A stretch of 64,000 bases of DNA, from the NCBI GenBank assembly GCA_041485445.1, contig JBGPJN010000001.1, positions 11,221 through 75,220 on the forward strand, given 5' to 3'. Each line of letters starts with the position of its first letter. The first letter of the stretch is position 1. Below are positions 1 to 8,848 of the stretch, one piece after another. Position numbers and translations under genes: made by a program. The notes beneath the pieces were generated by a model, which made no database searches, was not told the origin of the DNA, and worked only from the letters and a program-made list of their open reading frames with translations. This DNA is from Dehalococcoidia bacterium (GTDB lineage: Bacteria; Chloroflexota; Dehalococcoidia; Lucifugimonadales; UBA3495).

Positions 1-1176
1 CACGCCGGACCGGAAATGGAGGTGCGGCTATCTCCGGGACACGGGCTGGTGCTCTTGGGCGGGCGTCCCCTGCCGGGCACCCAACTGACCGGCGGGCTGG
101 TTCCCTTGCTCCAATGGGACCCCATGCTCTCGGATTGGGCCGCCACCATCGGCCCGGAGACCCGACCCCGCTGGAACGACGCCCTGCCCTACTTGGGAGT
201 GTTGGCTCCCCGGCTGGCGCCGGTGGCGGAGGGCCTGTCCCTCCGCGGGCAGGAGCAAGAGCTCCAGCAGGCGGTGGTCGAAATCGCCCGGCTGGTGGCC
301 CAGGCGCGGGAGCTGCTGTGGCTGCTGTCGCCTTCCCTTGGGGAAGTAGTGGCCACCAGCCCGGTGGCCGAGCTGCTCCAGCGCCTGTCCGGCGTCTCCG
401 GGGGCGACTTCCCGTCGGTATACCAAGCGGTGCGGAGCAGCTACCCCGACTTTCGCCGCCTGGAGGCCGACCTGGATGCGCTGCGGCAACTGGCGCAGTT
501 GGCGCGTCACGCCCCGGCAGTGCTGGCGGCCCGGGAGTACCTGGCGGCGGCGGCGGCGCCGGCCAGCATGCCGGAGTTGTCGGTGCAGCGCCAGGCGCTG
601 TTGGCGGCGCTGTCGCCGGACGGACTGCTCTGGCTCGCCCGGAGCTGGAGCCTGCTGGAGCAGCAGGTCTCGGCCTTCAAGGCGCAGTACGGGGCGGCCT
701 ACCGGTCCCACCACCACGGCACGCACCAGTCGCTGCCCGCCTACCTTGAGGACCGCGACACCGCCGGGCGAGAGCTGCGGGCCCTGGCGCTGTTGAACAC
801 CATGCCGGAGCTGGGGGAGGCCGCCGGCCAGGGCCTGGCGGAGGCCCTGGCGCAACTCTGGGACGGACCCCCTTCCTGCACGTTACCCGACGATGGTCTG
901 CCCCTGGAGACCGCGCCCCGGTGTCCAGCCTGCGGGCTGGGGCTGGACCAAGGCCTGCCCGCCCAGGAGCTGGCCAGGCTGGGCGCCGCCATCGCCGCAC
1001 TGCTGGCCGGCAAGAACCGCCGGCTCAGCAACCTGCTGGTGGAGCGGGTGCTCCAGGGCAAGACCGACCAGCGATTGGACGATTTTCTGAAGATTGTGCA
1101 GGCCAGCGACCTGTCCGCCCTCTCCAACACCCTGAGCGATGAGCTGGTGGCCCTGCTCCGCCAGATCCTCCAGTAA
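1..1176 (+). CDS. hypothetical protein, C-terminal part (ORF open to the left window edge)
   Basis: The frame is open from nt 1, with no stop before the first ATG at 16. The sequence is Ala/Leu-rich and helical, with a single CPACG motif near the C-terminus. The stop lies 2 nt before the pth start. I recognise no family with confidence. Confidence 0.5.
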   Translation, partial: HAGPEMEVRLSPGHGLVLLGGRPLPGTQLTGGLVPLLQWDPMLSDWAATIGPETRPRWNDALPYLGVLAPRLAPVAEGLSLRGQEQELQQAVVEIARLVAQARELLWLLSPSLGEVVATSPVAELLQRLSGVSGGDFPSVYQAVRSSYPDFRRLEADLDALRQLAQLARHAPAVLAAREYLAAAAAPASMPELSVQRQALLAALSPDGLLWLARSWSLLEQQVSAFKAQYGAAYRSHHHGTHQSLPAYLEDRDTAGRELRALALLNTMPELGEAAGQGLAEALAQLWDGPPSCTLPDDGLPLETAPRCPACGLGLDQGLPAQELARLGAAIAALLAGKNRRLSNLLVERVLQGKTDQRLDDFLKIVQASDLSALSNTLSDELVALLRQILQ

Positions 1177-1178
1177 GC

Positions 1179-1736
1179 ATGCGCCTGTTCATCGGTCTCG
1201 GCAATCCCGGCCCGCGTTACAGCCATACCAGGCATAACGTGGGCTTCCGCTGCGTGGACCTGCTGGCCCTCCGTTGGGGAATTTCGGTAAACGAGCGGCG
1301 GCCTACAGTGGTGCTGGGCCAGGGGCGCCGCCTGGGCCAAGAGGTGGTGCTGGCCAAGCCGCGCACCTTCATGAACCACAGCGGAGAGGCGATGGCCTAC
1401 CTGCGGGCCCGGTTCGGCGCCCCGCCCGCCGACATGGTGGTAATCTACGACGAAGCAGCCCTGCCGGTGGGCAAGCTGCGCATCCGCACGGGCGGCAGCG
1501 ACGCCGGGCACAACGGCGTCAAGTCCATCATCGCCGCCCTGGGCACCCAGGAGTTTCCCCGCATCCGGGTGGGCATCGGCCCGGCCCAGGCGGTGCAGGG
1601 CCAAGTGGCCCACGTGCTAGGCGACTTCTCCGGCGAGGAGGCGCCCCTCATCGCCCAGGCCCTGGAGCTGGTGGCCCAGGCCGCGGACTGCCTGCTGGAG
1701 GAGTCCATCCAGGCGGCCATGAACCGGTTCAACTGA
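1179..1736 (+). CDS. pth: peptidyl-tRNA hydrolase
   Basis: The N-terminus MRLFIGLGNPGPRYSHTRHNVGF and the later GGSDAGHNGVKS are the canonical Pth motifs. The 185 aa length is typical. Confidence 0.95.
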   Translation: MRLFIGLGNPGPRYSHTRHNVGFRCVDLLALRWGISVNERRPTVVLGQGRRLGQEVVLAKPRTFMNHSGEAMAYLRARFGAPPADMVVIYDEAALPVGKLRIRTGGSDAGHNGVKSIIAALGTQEFPRIRVGIGPAQAVQGQVAHVLGDFSGEEAPLIAQALELVAQAADCLLEESIQAAMNRFN

Positions 1737-1751
1737 GGTGGACCCACGCTA

Positions 1752-3773
1752 ATGGGTGTTCAGACGCAGCGCAGACACGCCCCGGTCCGCGTCCCACTGG
1801 TGTTGGCGGCGCTGGTTATGGTCATCATTGCCGGCTGCACCGGACGCGTTGCCCCGGCCGCCACCCCGGCCGCGGCTCCGCCGACCAGCGTTGCCGCTAC
1901 TCCGGTCACGAGCCCCACCAGGGCGCCCACGGCGTCGCCGGTCGCCACCGCCGCGCCGACCCTGCCGCCCACGGCCACCGCCGCGCCGACCCCACCGCCC
2001 ACGGCCGCCCCCACGCCGGTCAGTCTCCGGGGGTTAGTCCACACTAAGCTCCCTCCGGCGCCGGACCGGGACCTGTACTCCCTGGCCGCCCAGTTGTCCA
2101 CCCCGCCGGGGGCGCCGCAGGCCCCACGGGTAGTCAACGCCACACCCGTGAGCTACCAAGCGGGGCGCAAGGACACCTTCTGGCTGGTGGACCTGAGCAG
2201 CCAGCAGATGTACCAGCAGTCCTTCGAGCTGCGGCTGGTCAGCCCTCACGCGTATTGGTACGTGGCAGATGGCCAGACCGTGGCCCAGGAGGACTTGGAA
2301 CGGGCCGCAGCCGGGTTTGAAGCGGAGGTCTACCCGCGGGTGACGGCAGCCTTCGGCAAGGAGTCGTCCCCCGGAGTGGACAACGACACCCACATCAGCA
2401 TCATCAATGCCCAGTTGCGGGGCGCGGGCGGCTACGTCAGCTCAGCGGACGGGTATGCCCAGCAGGTCAATGCCTACAGCAACCAGAGGGAAGCCATCTA
2501 CATCAACATCGCGGCGTTCCCGGTGCCGGCATCCAGCTACCTGCCCACGGTGGCCCACGAGCTGCAGCACCTGGTCCACGAGAACGGCGACCCCAGCGAG
2601 GATACCTGGGTGAACGAGGGGCTGTCCGATCTGTCCGCCACCCTCAGCGGCACTGCCCGCCTGTCCTTTGGCTACGGGGCGCCCCAGGTCTCCCTGGTGC
2701 ACTGGCCGGTGGACGGAGGCGGATTGAGTGCTCACTACCAGGCGGCCTCGCTGTTCTTTCACTACCTTCGTGAGCATTATGCCGGCGACATCTCAGACCT
2801 GCGCAACTTGGTCGGGCAGCCGGCCAACGGCGCGGCGGGCGTGGAGGCCTATCTGCGGGCGCAAGGCTATCCTCAGAGCTTCCGGGAAGTGTTCCAGGAC
2901 TGGGTGGTGGCCAACTTCCTGGACGAGCCATCGGGAAAGTACGGCTACCACAACCTGATGGTCACGCCCGGCGACGTGGCGTCCACCAGCGGGTTCACCC
3001 AGCTCAACGGGCAGGTGCCCCAATACGCCGCCCGGTACGTGGAGATCAAAGACGTGCGCGGTCCGCTGCGGCTGCGGTTTCAAGGCGCTCCGGACACCCC
3101 GTTGCTTCCCGTGGATGTGGGTGATGCCGGCTGCTGGTGGAGCAACTCGGGGGATGCCATCAGCTCCACCCTGACTCGCGCCCTGGACCTGTCCAGGTCC
3201 ACGCAGGCCATACTGACGTACCAGGTGTGGCACCAGGTGGAAGAGGACTGGGATTATGGCTACCTTGAGGTGTCCTCCAACGACGGCCAGACCTGGACAG
3301 TGCTGGAGCCCCCCCACACCACCCGGAGCAACCCGTTGGGCAACAGCTACGGTCCCGGCTACACCGGGGACAGCCAGGGCTGGTTGGACGAACGCATCGA
3401 TCTGGGCGACTTTATCGGGCGGCAGGTCTTGCTGCGGTTTCACTACTTGACCGACGACGGCGTCAACGACTCAGGCCTTTGCGTTCGCCAGTTTTCGATA
3501 CCTGGGGCCGGCGTGGCCCCCGGCGACCAGGGCTGGCATGCCGAGGGTTTCGTCCTCACCGGCAACCGGGTGGCACAGGAGTATTTGGTCCAAGTGATTG
3601 AGACCGGCGCTTCCAACCGCGTCACGGCGATGTCCCTGGACGCCGCCAACCAGGGGGAACTGGTGTTGCAAACCCCAGATGCGCCGGGCCGCCTGGTGGC
3701 GGTGGTGGCCGCGCTGGCGCCCAAGACCCGGCAGGTCGCCCCCTTCACCCTCACCGTGGAGCCGGCGGGCTGA
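1752..3773 (+). CDS. secreted/lipoprotein zinc metallopeptidase (gluzincin type, HELQH...NEGLSD)
   Basis: It has a signal peptide with a lipobox-like IIAGCTG and a Pro/Thr/Ala-rich linker. HELQH is followed 15 residues later by NEGLSD, a thermolysin-like third ligand motif. A large beta-rich C-terminal region follows. Confidence 0.8.
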   Translation: MGVQTQRRHAPVRVPLVLAALVMVIIAGCTGRVAPAATPAAAPPTSVAATPVTSPTRAPTASPVATAAPTLPPTATAAPTPPPTAAPTPVSLRGLVHTKLPPAPDRDLYSLAAQLSTPPGAPQAPRVVNATPVSYQAGRKDTFWLVDLSSQQMYQQSFELRLVSPHAYWYVADGQTVAQEDLERAAAGFEAEVYPRVTAAFGKESSPGVDNDTHISIINAQLRGAGGYVSSADGYAQQVNAYSNQREAIYINIAAFPVPASSYLPTVAHELQHLVHENGDPSEDTWVNEGLSDLSATLSGTARLSFGYGAPQVSLVHWPVDGGGLSAHYQAASLFFHYLREHYAGDISDLRNLVGQPANGAAGVEAYLRAQGYPQSFREVFQDWVVANFLDEPSGKYGYHNLMVTPGDVASTSGFTQLNGQVPQYAARYVEIKDVRGPLRLRFQGAPDTPLLPVDVGDAGCWWSNSGDAISSTLTRALDLSRSTQAILTYQVWHQVEEDWDYGYLEVSSNDGQTWTVLEPPHTTRSNPLGNSYGPGYTGDSQGWLDERIDLGDFIGRQVLLRFHYLTDDGVNDSGLCVRQFSIPGAGVAPGDQGWHAEGFVLTGNRVAQEYLVQVIETGASNRVTAMSLDAANQGELVLQTPDAPGRLVAVVAALAPKTRQVAPFTLTVEPAG

Positions 3774-3878
3774 AGGCCTTTTAACCACAGAGAGCGCAGA
3801 GGACGCAGAGAGTTCACGAATGGCTTACCGTGGTCCCAGCGTTCTTTGCGCCCCCCGCGGTGAGTTGTCCTGCAGGCT

Positions 3879-4877
3879 CTAAATCCCCAGGAGGCGCTCC
3901 AGGTTCTTCCACAGAATGGCCTCCTTCTCCTGTTGGGTCAAGCTCTCCAGCCCCAGCACCCAGGACACCGGCCAGTCCGTGGCCATGTCAAAGGGCCAGT
4001 CCGTGCCAAAGACCACCCGGTCAATGCCCACCATGTCAATGAGCATCCGCAGCGCCGGCTCGCTGTGGGTCAAGCAGTCGTAGTAGAACTTGCTAAGGTA
4101 GGCGCTGGGGGGACGCGGCAGCGTCAGCCGTGCCTCGGAGCGCACCTGCCAGCCCCGGTCCATGCGCCCAATGCCGAAGCAGGTGTATCCCCCGCCGTGG
4201 GCCAGGCAGACCTTAAGGTCCGGGCAGCGGTCCATCACTCCCCCATAGACAAAGGAGGCAAAGGTCACCGTCCGGTCTGCCAGGTTGCCGATGGTGTTGG
4301 GCAGGTGGTAGCGGTTGCTGCGCGGCGTCACCACGGTGGAGCCGCCCTGGTGGATGAACATCACCGCGCCCAACTGCTCCGCCGCCTGCCACAGGGGCAG
4401 AAACTGGGGGTCGTCGAAGGTGCGGCCGTTGACGTGGTCGCCGATCATCGCCCCCTTCAGGCCCAGGCGGCCTACCGAGCGTTCCAGCTCGGCCACCGAG
4501 GCGCGCACGTCCTGCATGGGCAGCGTGGCGAAGCCGGCCATGCGGCTGGGGTGCTCCCGCGTTAGCTGGGCCACGTAGTCGTTACAGTCCCGGGCCAGCC
4601 GGGTGACCGTGGCGGCGTCCTTCTCGTAGTAGTAAAAGGCGGCGCCGGTGGAGAGCACGTGGACGTCCACCCCCAGGGAGTCCATGTCCGCCAGGCGCTG
4701 CTCCGGGGTCCAGGTGGTCCTGGGGTTGCTGCGGTGGGACGGCCAGGCGTCGGCGGTGATGCCATGCCAATCGCGGCCCTGGGCCATGGCCTCAAGGAAG
4801 GGCGCGGGTGAGATGTGGGCGTGGATGTCAATGGTTCGCACGCTAGCCTCCTGGGAAGGGATTAACTTCCCGGACAT
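3879..4877 (-). CDS. amidohydrolase-2 family protein (ACMSD-like metal-dependent hydrolase/decarboxylase)
   Basis: IDIHAHISP lies near the N-terminus, with HGGG and FGTDWPF-type motifs further on. I chose the start at the internal ATG (MSGKL) because a G-rich SD precedes it; the ORF track extends to 4937. Confidence 0.85.
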   Translation of the reverse strand: MSGKLIPSQEASVRTIDIHAHISPAPFLEAMAQGRDWHGITADAWPSHRSNPRTTWTPEQRLADMDSLGVDVHVLSTGAAFYYYEKDAATVTRLARDCNDYVAQLTREHPSRMAGFATLPMQDVRASVAELERSVGRLGLKGAMIGDHVNGRTFDDPQFLPLWQAAEQLGAVMFIHQGGSTVVTPRSNRYHLPNTIGNLADRTVTFASFVYGGVMDRCPDLKVCLAHGGGYTCFGIGRMDRGWQVRSEARLTLPRPPSAYLSKFYYDCLTHSEPALRMLIDMVGIDRVVFGTDWPFDMATDWPVSWVLGLESLTQQEKEAILWKNLERLLGI

Positions 4878-5006
4878 GTTAAATCCCCCGGCCTTCTTTG
4901 GGAAGAAGACCGGGGGAAGAAGGCCGGGGGGCAACACACCGGGGAGCGTTCTTCCGGTGGCGGCGCCGTGGGTTCTCCCTAAGGGAGAGCGGGGACGCCC
5001 TACAGG

Positions 5007-6020
5007 CTAGTGGGCGCCGTTCTTGTTGCTGTTTCCTTCCGGTATGCCGGTGGCGATGACCGTCAACCTGGTGGTGGTCTGCAGCTCCAGGTCGGTGGAC
5101 ATCCCAAAGAAGATGGTGGCCCGGGGGTCAACCTTGCGGGAGAGGGCCTCGCCCACGGCGTTGACGTCGCCCAGGGTTAGCGAGGTCCCGCCCTTGACGT
5201 TGAACAGGATGCCCATGGCGCCCTCGATGGACAGGTCAACCAGCGGGTTGCCCATAGCCATCTGGCAGGCCTGGGCCGCGCCGTACTGGCCGGTGCCTTC
5301 GCCCACGGCCATCAGCGCCCGGCCGGGGAGCTTCATGATGGTCTTGACGTCGGCCAGGTCCACGTTGATGTCGCCGGGCACATTGACCAATTCGGCCACC
5401 GAGTTGATGCCTTGCATCACCACGGTGTCCACCACCTTCAGCGCCTCCTGGATGGAGACGTCCTTGGGGACCATCTTCAGCAGGCTATCGTTGTGGACAA
5501 TGATGAGGTTGTCCACCTTTTCCTTCAGCTTGGCCATGCCAACCATGGCCGTTTCCATGCGCTTGGCGCCTTCCCAGGAGAAGGGGGTGGTGGCGACCGC
5601 CACCGTGAGCACGCCGGCGTGCCTTACCATCTCTGCCACCACGGGCGCAGCTCCCGTGCCGGTGCCGCCGCCCAGGCCGGTGGCGATGAACACCAGGTCG
5701 CTGTGGGCCACCGCCCGCTGCAGGGCCGCCTTGGCGCTCTCCGCAGCCTGGGCGCCCACTTCCGGGTCGCCGCCGGCGCCCAGACCGTGGGTGAGGCGCT
5801 CACCGATGAAGATCCGCATGGCGCCTTCCGGGACCTTGCCCAGGGACTTGACGTCCGTGTTGCAGCAGATGTACTGGACGCCGGGAATGGTCTTCTCCCG
5901 GATCATGCGGCTGACGGTGTTGCATCCGCCGCCGCCCACGCCGATGATAGTAATAGTCGCCGGGGCGTCACTGAACTCCAGGTTCTTGCTGGACCGGGAT
6001 GAGGCTCTTGTGGTGGCCAT
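5007..6020 (-). CDS. ftsZ: cell division GTPase FtsZ (short form, no C-terminal linker or tail)
   Basis: It carries IGVGGGGCNTV, the tubulin signature GGGTGTGAAPVVAE, and a T7-loop region. A GGAGGA SD lies upstream. The protein ends 11 aa after the core strand LTVIATGI. Confidence 0.9.
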   Translation of the reverse strand: MATTRASSRSSKNLEFSDAPATITIIGVGGGGCNTVSRMIREKTIPGVQYICCNTDVKSLGKVPEGAMRIFIGERLTHGLGAGGDPEVGAQAAESAKAALQRAVAHSDLVFIATGLGGGTGTGAAPVVAEMVRHAGVLTVAVATTPFSWEGAKRMETAMVGMAKLKEKVDNLIIVHNDSLLKMVPKDVSIQEALKVVDTVVMQGINSVAELVNVPGDINVDLADVKTIMKLPGRALMAVGEGTGQYGAAQACQMAMGNPLVDLSIEGAMGILFNVKGGTSLTLGDVNAVGEALSRKVDPRATIFFGMSTDLELQTTTRLTVIATGIPEGNSNKNGAH

Positions 6021-6187
6021 GAAGAAAATTCCTCCTCGGATTTAGTATCCCGCCAAAATATATAAGAACTGGGATAAGACCTATTGTGCCAGTCCGCTGG
6101 TTGGAAATTCTAGGAAAATGCCCGCCATATTTGCCCAGTTTGCGGTCACACCGCTGGACCCCCAGCGTACATCCCCGCGGCATGCGC

Positions 6188-6216
6188 TTGCAGCGGCGCC
6201 GCCGCGAGCATAGACT
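6188..6216 (+). promoter_or_regulatory. candidate sigma70-type promoter for the PAC2-like gene (TTGCAG-N17-TAGACT)
   Basis: TTGCAG at 6188-6193 and TAGACT at 6211-6216 are separated by a 17-nt spacer, about 47 nt upstream of the ATG at 6263. This is a pattern match only. Confidence 0.3.
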
Positions 6217-6262
6217 GGTGAGCAAAGGGAGATTGTCGGCTGGGTGGATTACGGAGGCAGCC

Positions 6263-7213
6263 ATGGAACGCCCGGAGCTGTTGACCCTGCGGCATCGGCC
6301 TGCCGCCAAGTACCTCATCGCCGGTTGGAAGCGCTCTTGGTCCGACGGCGGCGAGGTATCCGGTGGGTTGCCGGAGTATTTAATGGACCACCTGCGGGCG
6401 CGGCCCATTGGGGAGATGGGGGCGGAGGTCTCCCGCATGTGCTACCCCTTCCAGGTAGCGGGGACCCACGATGCCTACCGCCCCGCGGTGGCCTACCGGG
6501 ATGGGCTGCCCACCAAAGCCATGTCCCGGGAGAACCGCTTCTACGACGCGGGCCAGGGTCTGGTCCTTTTCTTGGGTGAGGAGCCCTGGCACCGGATAGA
6601 TATCTACGGTGACGCCTTCTTCCAGGCGGTCCAGACGCTGGGAGTCCAGCAGACCGTGGCGGTGGAGGGCTATTATGGGACCTGTCCCCCGGAGCTGGAG
6701 CGGAGCATTAACTGCATCTACAGTCGCCCGGAGATGAAGGCGACGCTGGAACGGTACGGCCTGCGGTTCTCCAACTTCGGCAGCGAACGCCGCCAGGGGC
6801 CGACCATCGGCATGGCCCTGGTGACCCTGGCCCACTACCAACACCCGGAGCTGGCGATGTTGCGCATGGGGGCCATGGCGCCCATGTACCCTTTCACTGC
6901 CAGCAATGAGCAGGTGGGCATCACCACCGACCACCGCGCCTTTTACGACATCCTGCGCCGGCTACGGTCGCTGTTCCAGTTGGACCTGGACCTCTCCGAC
7001 TTGCGGCAGCGGGCGGACGCCGATGCGGACCGTTTGCAGCGGATTCTGGACCGCATCAGCGAGACCAATCCCGAAGCCCGGGAGATTATCCGGCGGGCCC
7101 AGGCCGACTACCAGGCCACGCCCTACGTGGAGCCGGTGGCGCTGGACCCCGCCCTGGACCGGACCCTGGACGACATACTCCGGAACCCCCCCGACCCCCC
7201 TGGGGGCAGGTAG
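6263..7213 (+). CDS. PAC2 (proteasome assembly chaperone 2-like, ATP-grasp-like) family protein
   Basis: The start is at MERPELL, preceded by a GGAGG SD. The pattern LIAGW...GGEVSG...LVLFLGEEP...YYGTCP...GPTIGMALV matches my recollection of bacterial PAC2 proteins. The tail is a C-terminal coiled coil. The ORF track begins earlier, at 6086. Confidence 0.55.
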   Translation: MERPELLTLRHRPAAKYLIAGWKRSWSDGGEVSGGLPEYLMDHLRARPIGEMGAEVSRMCYPFQVAGTHDAYRPAVAYRDGLPTKAMSRENRFYDAGQGLVLFLGEEPWHRIDIYGDAFFQAVQTLGVQQTVAVEGYYGTCPPELERSINCIYSRPEMKATLERYGLRFSNFGSERRQGPTIGMALVTLAHYQHPELAMLRMGAMAPMYPFTASNEQVGITTDHRAFYDILRRLRSLFQLDLDLSDLRQRADADADRLQRILDRISETNPEAREIIRRAQADYQATPYVEPVALDPALDRTLDDILRNPPDPPGGR

Positions 7214-7451
7214 CATCGCCCTCATCCGTTGCTAAACCAATGCCCCAGTGCAGTCCCCAGACGCGGCGTAGGAGGGCCCCTTCATTCCCCCGGAAGGCAG
7301 GGGCAGACCGAAGCCGGCCCTGAGCGCAACGACGCAACAAAGGGTGTCTGCCCTTCGGCTGGATGGTCAGTCCAGAGCCCATCCCGACACAGTCGGGACG
7401 CCCCTACGGGCAAGCCGAAAATGAAGGTCTTGTTCAAGGCCATTCCCCAAG

Positions 7452-8532
7452 ATGGGGACGGCTTCTTTCGGAGATCTTAATTTAAGGCGAAGAACTTTGG
7501 CTAATATGCTTGGCGGTCGCAACTCCTTTAACGTACTCCATCAGGTGCTGATGGGGGGCATGACCGTGCTGGTGCTGTCCCTGGGAATGCTCTTCCAGGG
7601 GATAACCCCGGCCCAGGCCGGTGACCCGCCGTATATCCTCATCTTCAAGGTGGATGACTCCGACCCGCCGGCCCGGCTGGCCGGGGCTACATTCCACATA
7701 GTCCCCAACCCCGCGGGCTCCTGCCAGGACAACCATCGTGGGGTTCCATGGGACTCGACTAACCCCAACTTCGTAGCCGACTTTCTGGACGTTACCGACA
7801 ACGTCCCTCATCCAGCTGGCTGGCTGGGACGAAGATCCGGCTGTTGGTGTCATCAGGATTCAGGACCTGATCCCCAACCCCAACCGCCCAGGGGAGATGC
7901 GCCCCGGCCCGTGTGACGAGGGCAACGGTGTGCTCAGCTACACCATCAGCGAGATTACGGCCCCGGCGGGTTACGAGCGTGACCCGGTTGTCAAAGTAGC
8001 CCCGTACCTTGTGCCGGCTCCCCATGTGCGTGAGGCCTTGGCCACATTCGTCAATCACCGCAAGGAGAACGGCACGCCGACGCCGACGCCGACGCCTGCA
8101 CCCACGCCCACGCCGACTCCTACGCCGACTCCCACGCCCACGCCTACGCCTACGCCTACGCCTACTCCTACTCCTGAGCCCACGCCTACGCCCACGTTAA
8201 CGCCGCCAGGCAGCGGTGGTGGCGGCGGGTCCCCAACTGCCCCAACGCCTGCGCCAGTGCCTGCACCCACACCGGCGCCTACTGTGGCGGCAGCGGTGCC
8301 GGTGGCCCCACCCCTGGCGGCGCCCACACCGGCGCCGACTCCTACGCCGGCGCCTACGGTGGCGGCGGCGGTGCCGGTGGCGCCGACACCTCAGCCGGCG
8401 GCGGTGGCGGTGACTGGGACCCCCGGCGGTGGAGGCAGTCCATTGGTCTGGGTTCTGGCCGGACTGGCTGGCGCTGCCTTAGTAGGATGGGTGTTCTTGG
8501 TGGTCCGACGCCGCGGGAGGGCGGGAGCGTAA
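7452..8532 (+). pseudogene. cell-surface protein with a prealbumin/SpaA-like fold domain, a TP-repeat stalk and a C-terminal membrane anchor; split by a +1 frameshift at a (GCTG)3 repeat
   Basis: ORFs 7452-7916 and 7897-8532 are two frames of one gene. The first carries a signal peptide and LAGATFHIV. The second carries [16 protein letters not shown], a (TP)n tract, and a hydrophobic anchor plus RRRGRAGA. Deleting one GCTG unit at 7815-7826 fuses them in frame as ...[18 protein letters not shown].... Confidence 0.7.
8074..8196 (+). repeat. hexanucleotide (ACG/ACN CCN) tandem repeat encoding (Thr-Pro)n
   Basis: About 20 consecutive ACGCCG-like units are visible. Downstream, a roughly 39-bp imperfect direct repeat (8271-8309 and 8346-8384) encodes [16 protein letters not shown] twice. 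Confidence 0.85.
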
Positions 8533-8848
8533 GCCTTTAGATCCCTGCTGAGGATGGCGCGCCACGGGGATCGGAGGCAGCGTCTGCTGGTAGCGGACTT
8601 CGAGCCCTGGGTGCGCCAGTGGCGCTCCCACGCCATTTGTCACGGCTAGCGGGGCGCCCATTCTGGACTTCCGGAGCAAGTCCGTCCAGAGAATTCCTCT
8701 GGAGCCGGCCTGCGGCAAGCAATCGCCAAGTCTGCCAGAAGTTACGGGGTATTGGTGCTGTTGGTCATCCGAACCGACATACGGGTGAAACCTTTGGAGA
8801 AGCTACTCCTTGGAGACGGCTGTTGAGCGGTTTCAGGCGGACCGCCTT

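Noticed and set aside
28-855. Many long ORFs lie antisense to, or out of frame with, recognisable genes. Examples are 28-855(-), 741-1613(-), 5023-6045(+), 13576-14523(+), 33617-34837(+), 38155-38976(-), 44268-45407(+) and 50857-51765(+).
   Set aside because: Each overlaps a gene with clear family motifs on the other strand or frame. Their translations are Arg/Pro/Gly/Ala-rich low-complexity strings, typical of stop-codon-poor shadow frames in high-GC DNA.
3785-3864. An imperfect inverted repeat (CACAGAGAGCGCAGAGGACGC ... GCGTTCTTTGCGCCCCCCGCGGTG) between the convergent protease and amidohydrolase genes. It could be a bidirectional terminator or a repeat-element remnant.
   Set aside because: The arms match only partially, there is no U-tract, and no second copy occurs in the window. 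I cannot support a specific call.
7301-7450. Short GC hairpins and partial matches to the 24.35-kb region (CAAGCCGAAAA... motifs) downstream of the PAC2-like gene.
   Set aside because: Apart from the TCCCGA-N5-TCGGGA hairpin reported above, the similarities are short and gapped. I could not define a consistent repeat unit by eye.
8074-8384. Tandem repeats that might be mistaken for a CRISPR-like or VNTR array.
   Set aside because: The units are 6 nt with no spacers. They lie inside a coding frame and encode (Thr-Pro)n and a duplicated [16 protein letters not shown] segment, so this is a protein linker and not a CRISPR array.
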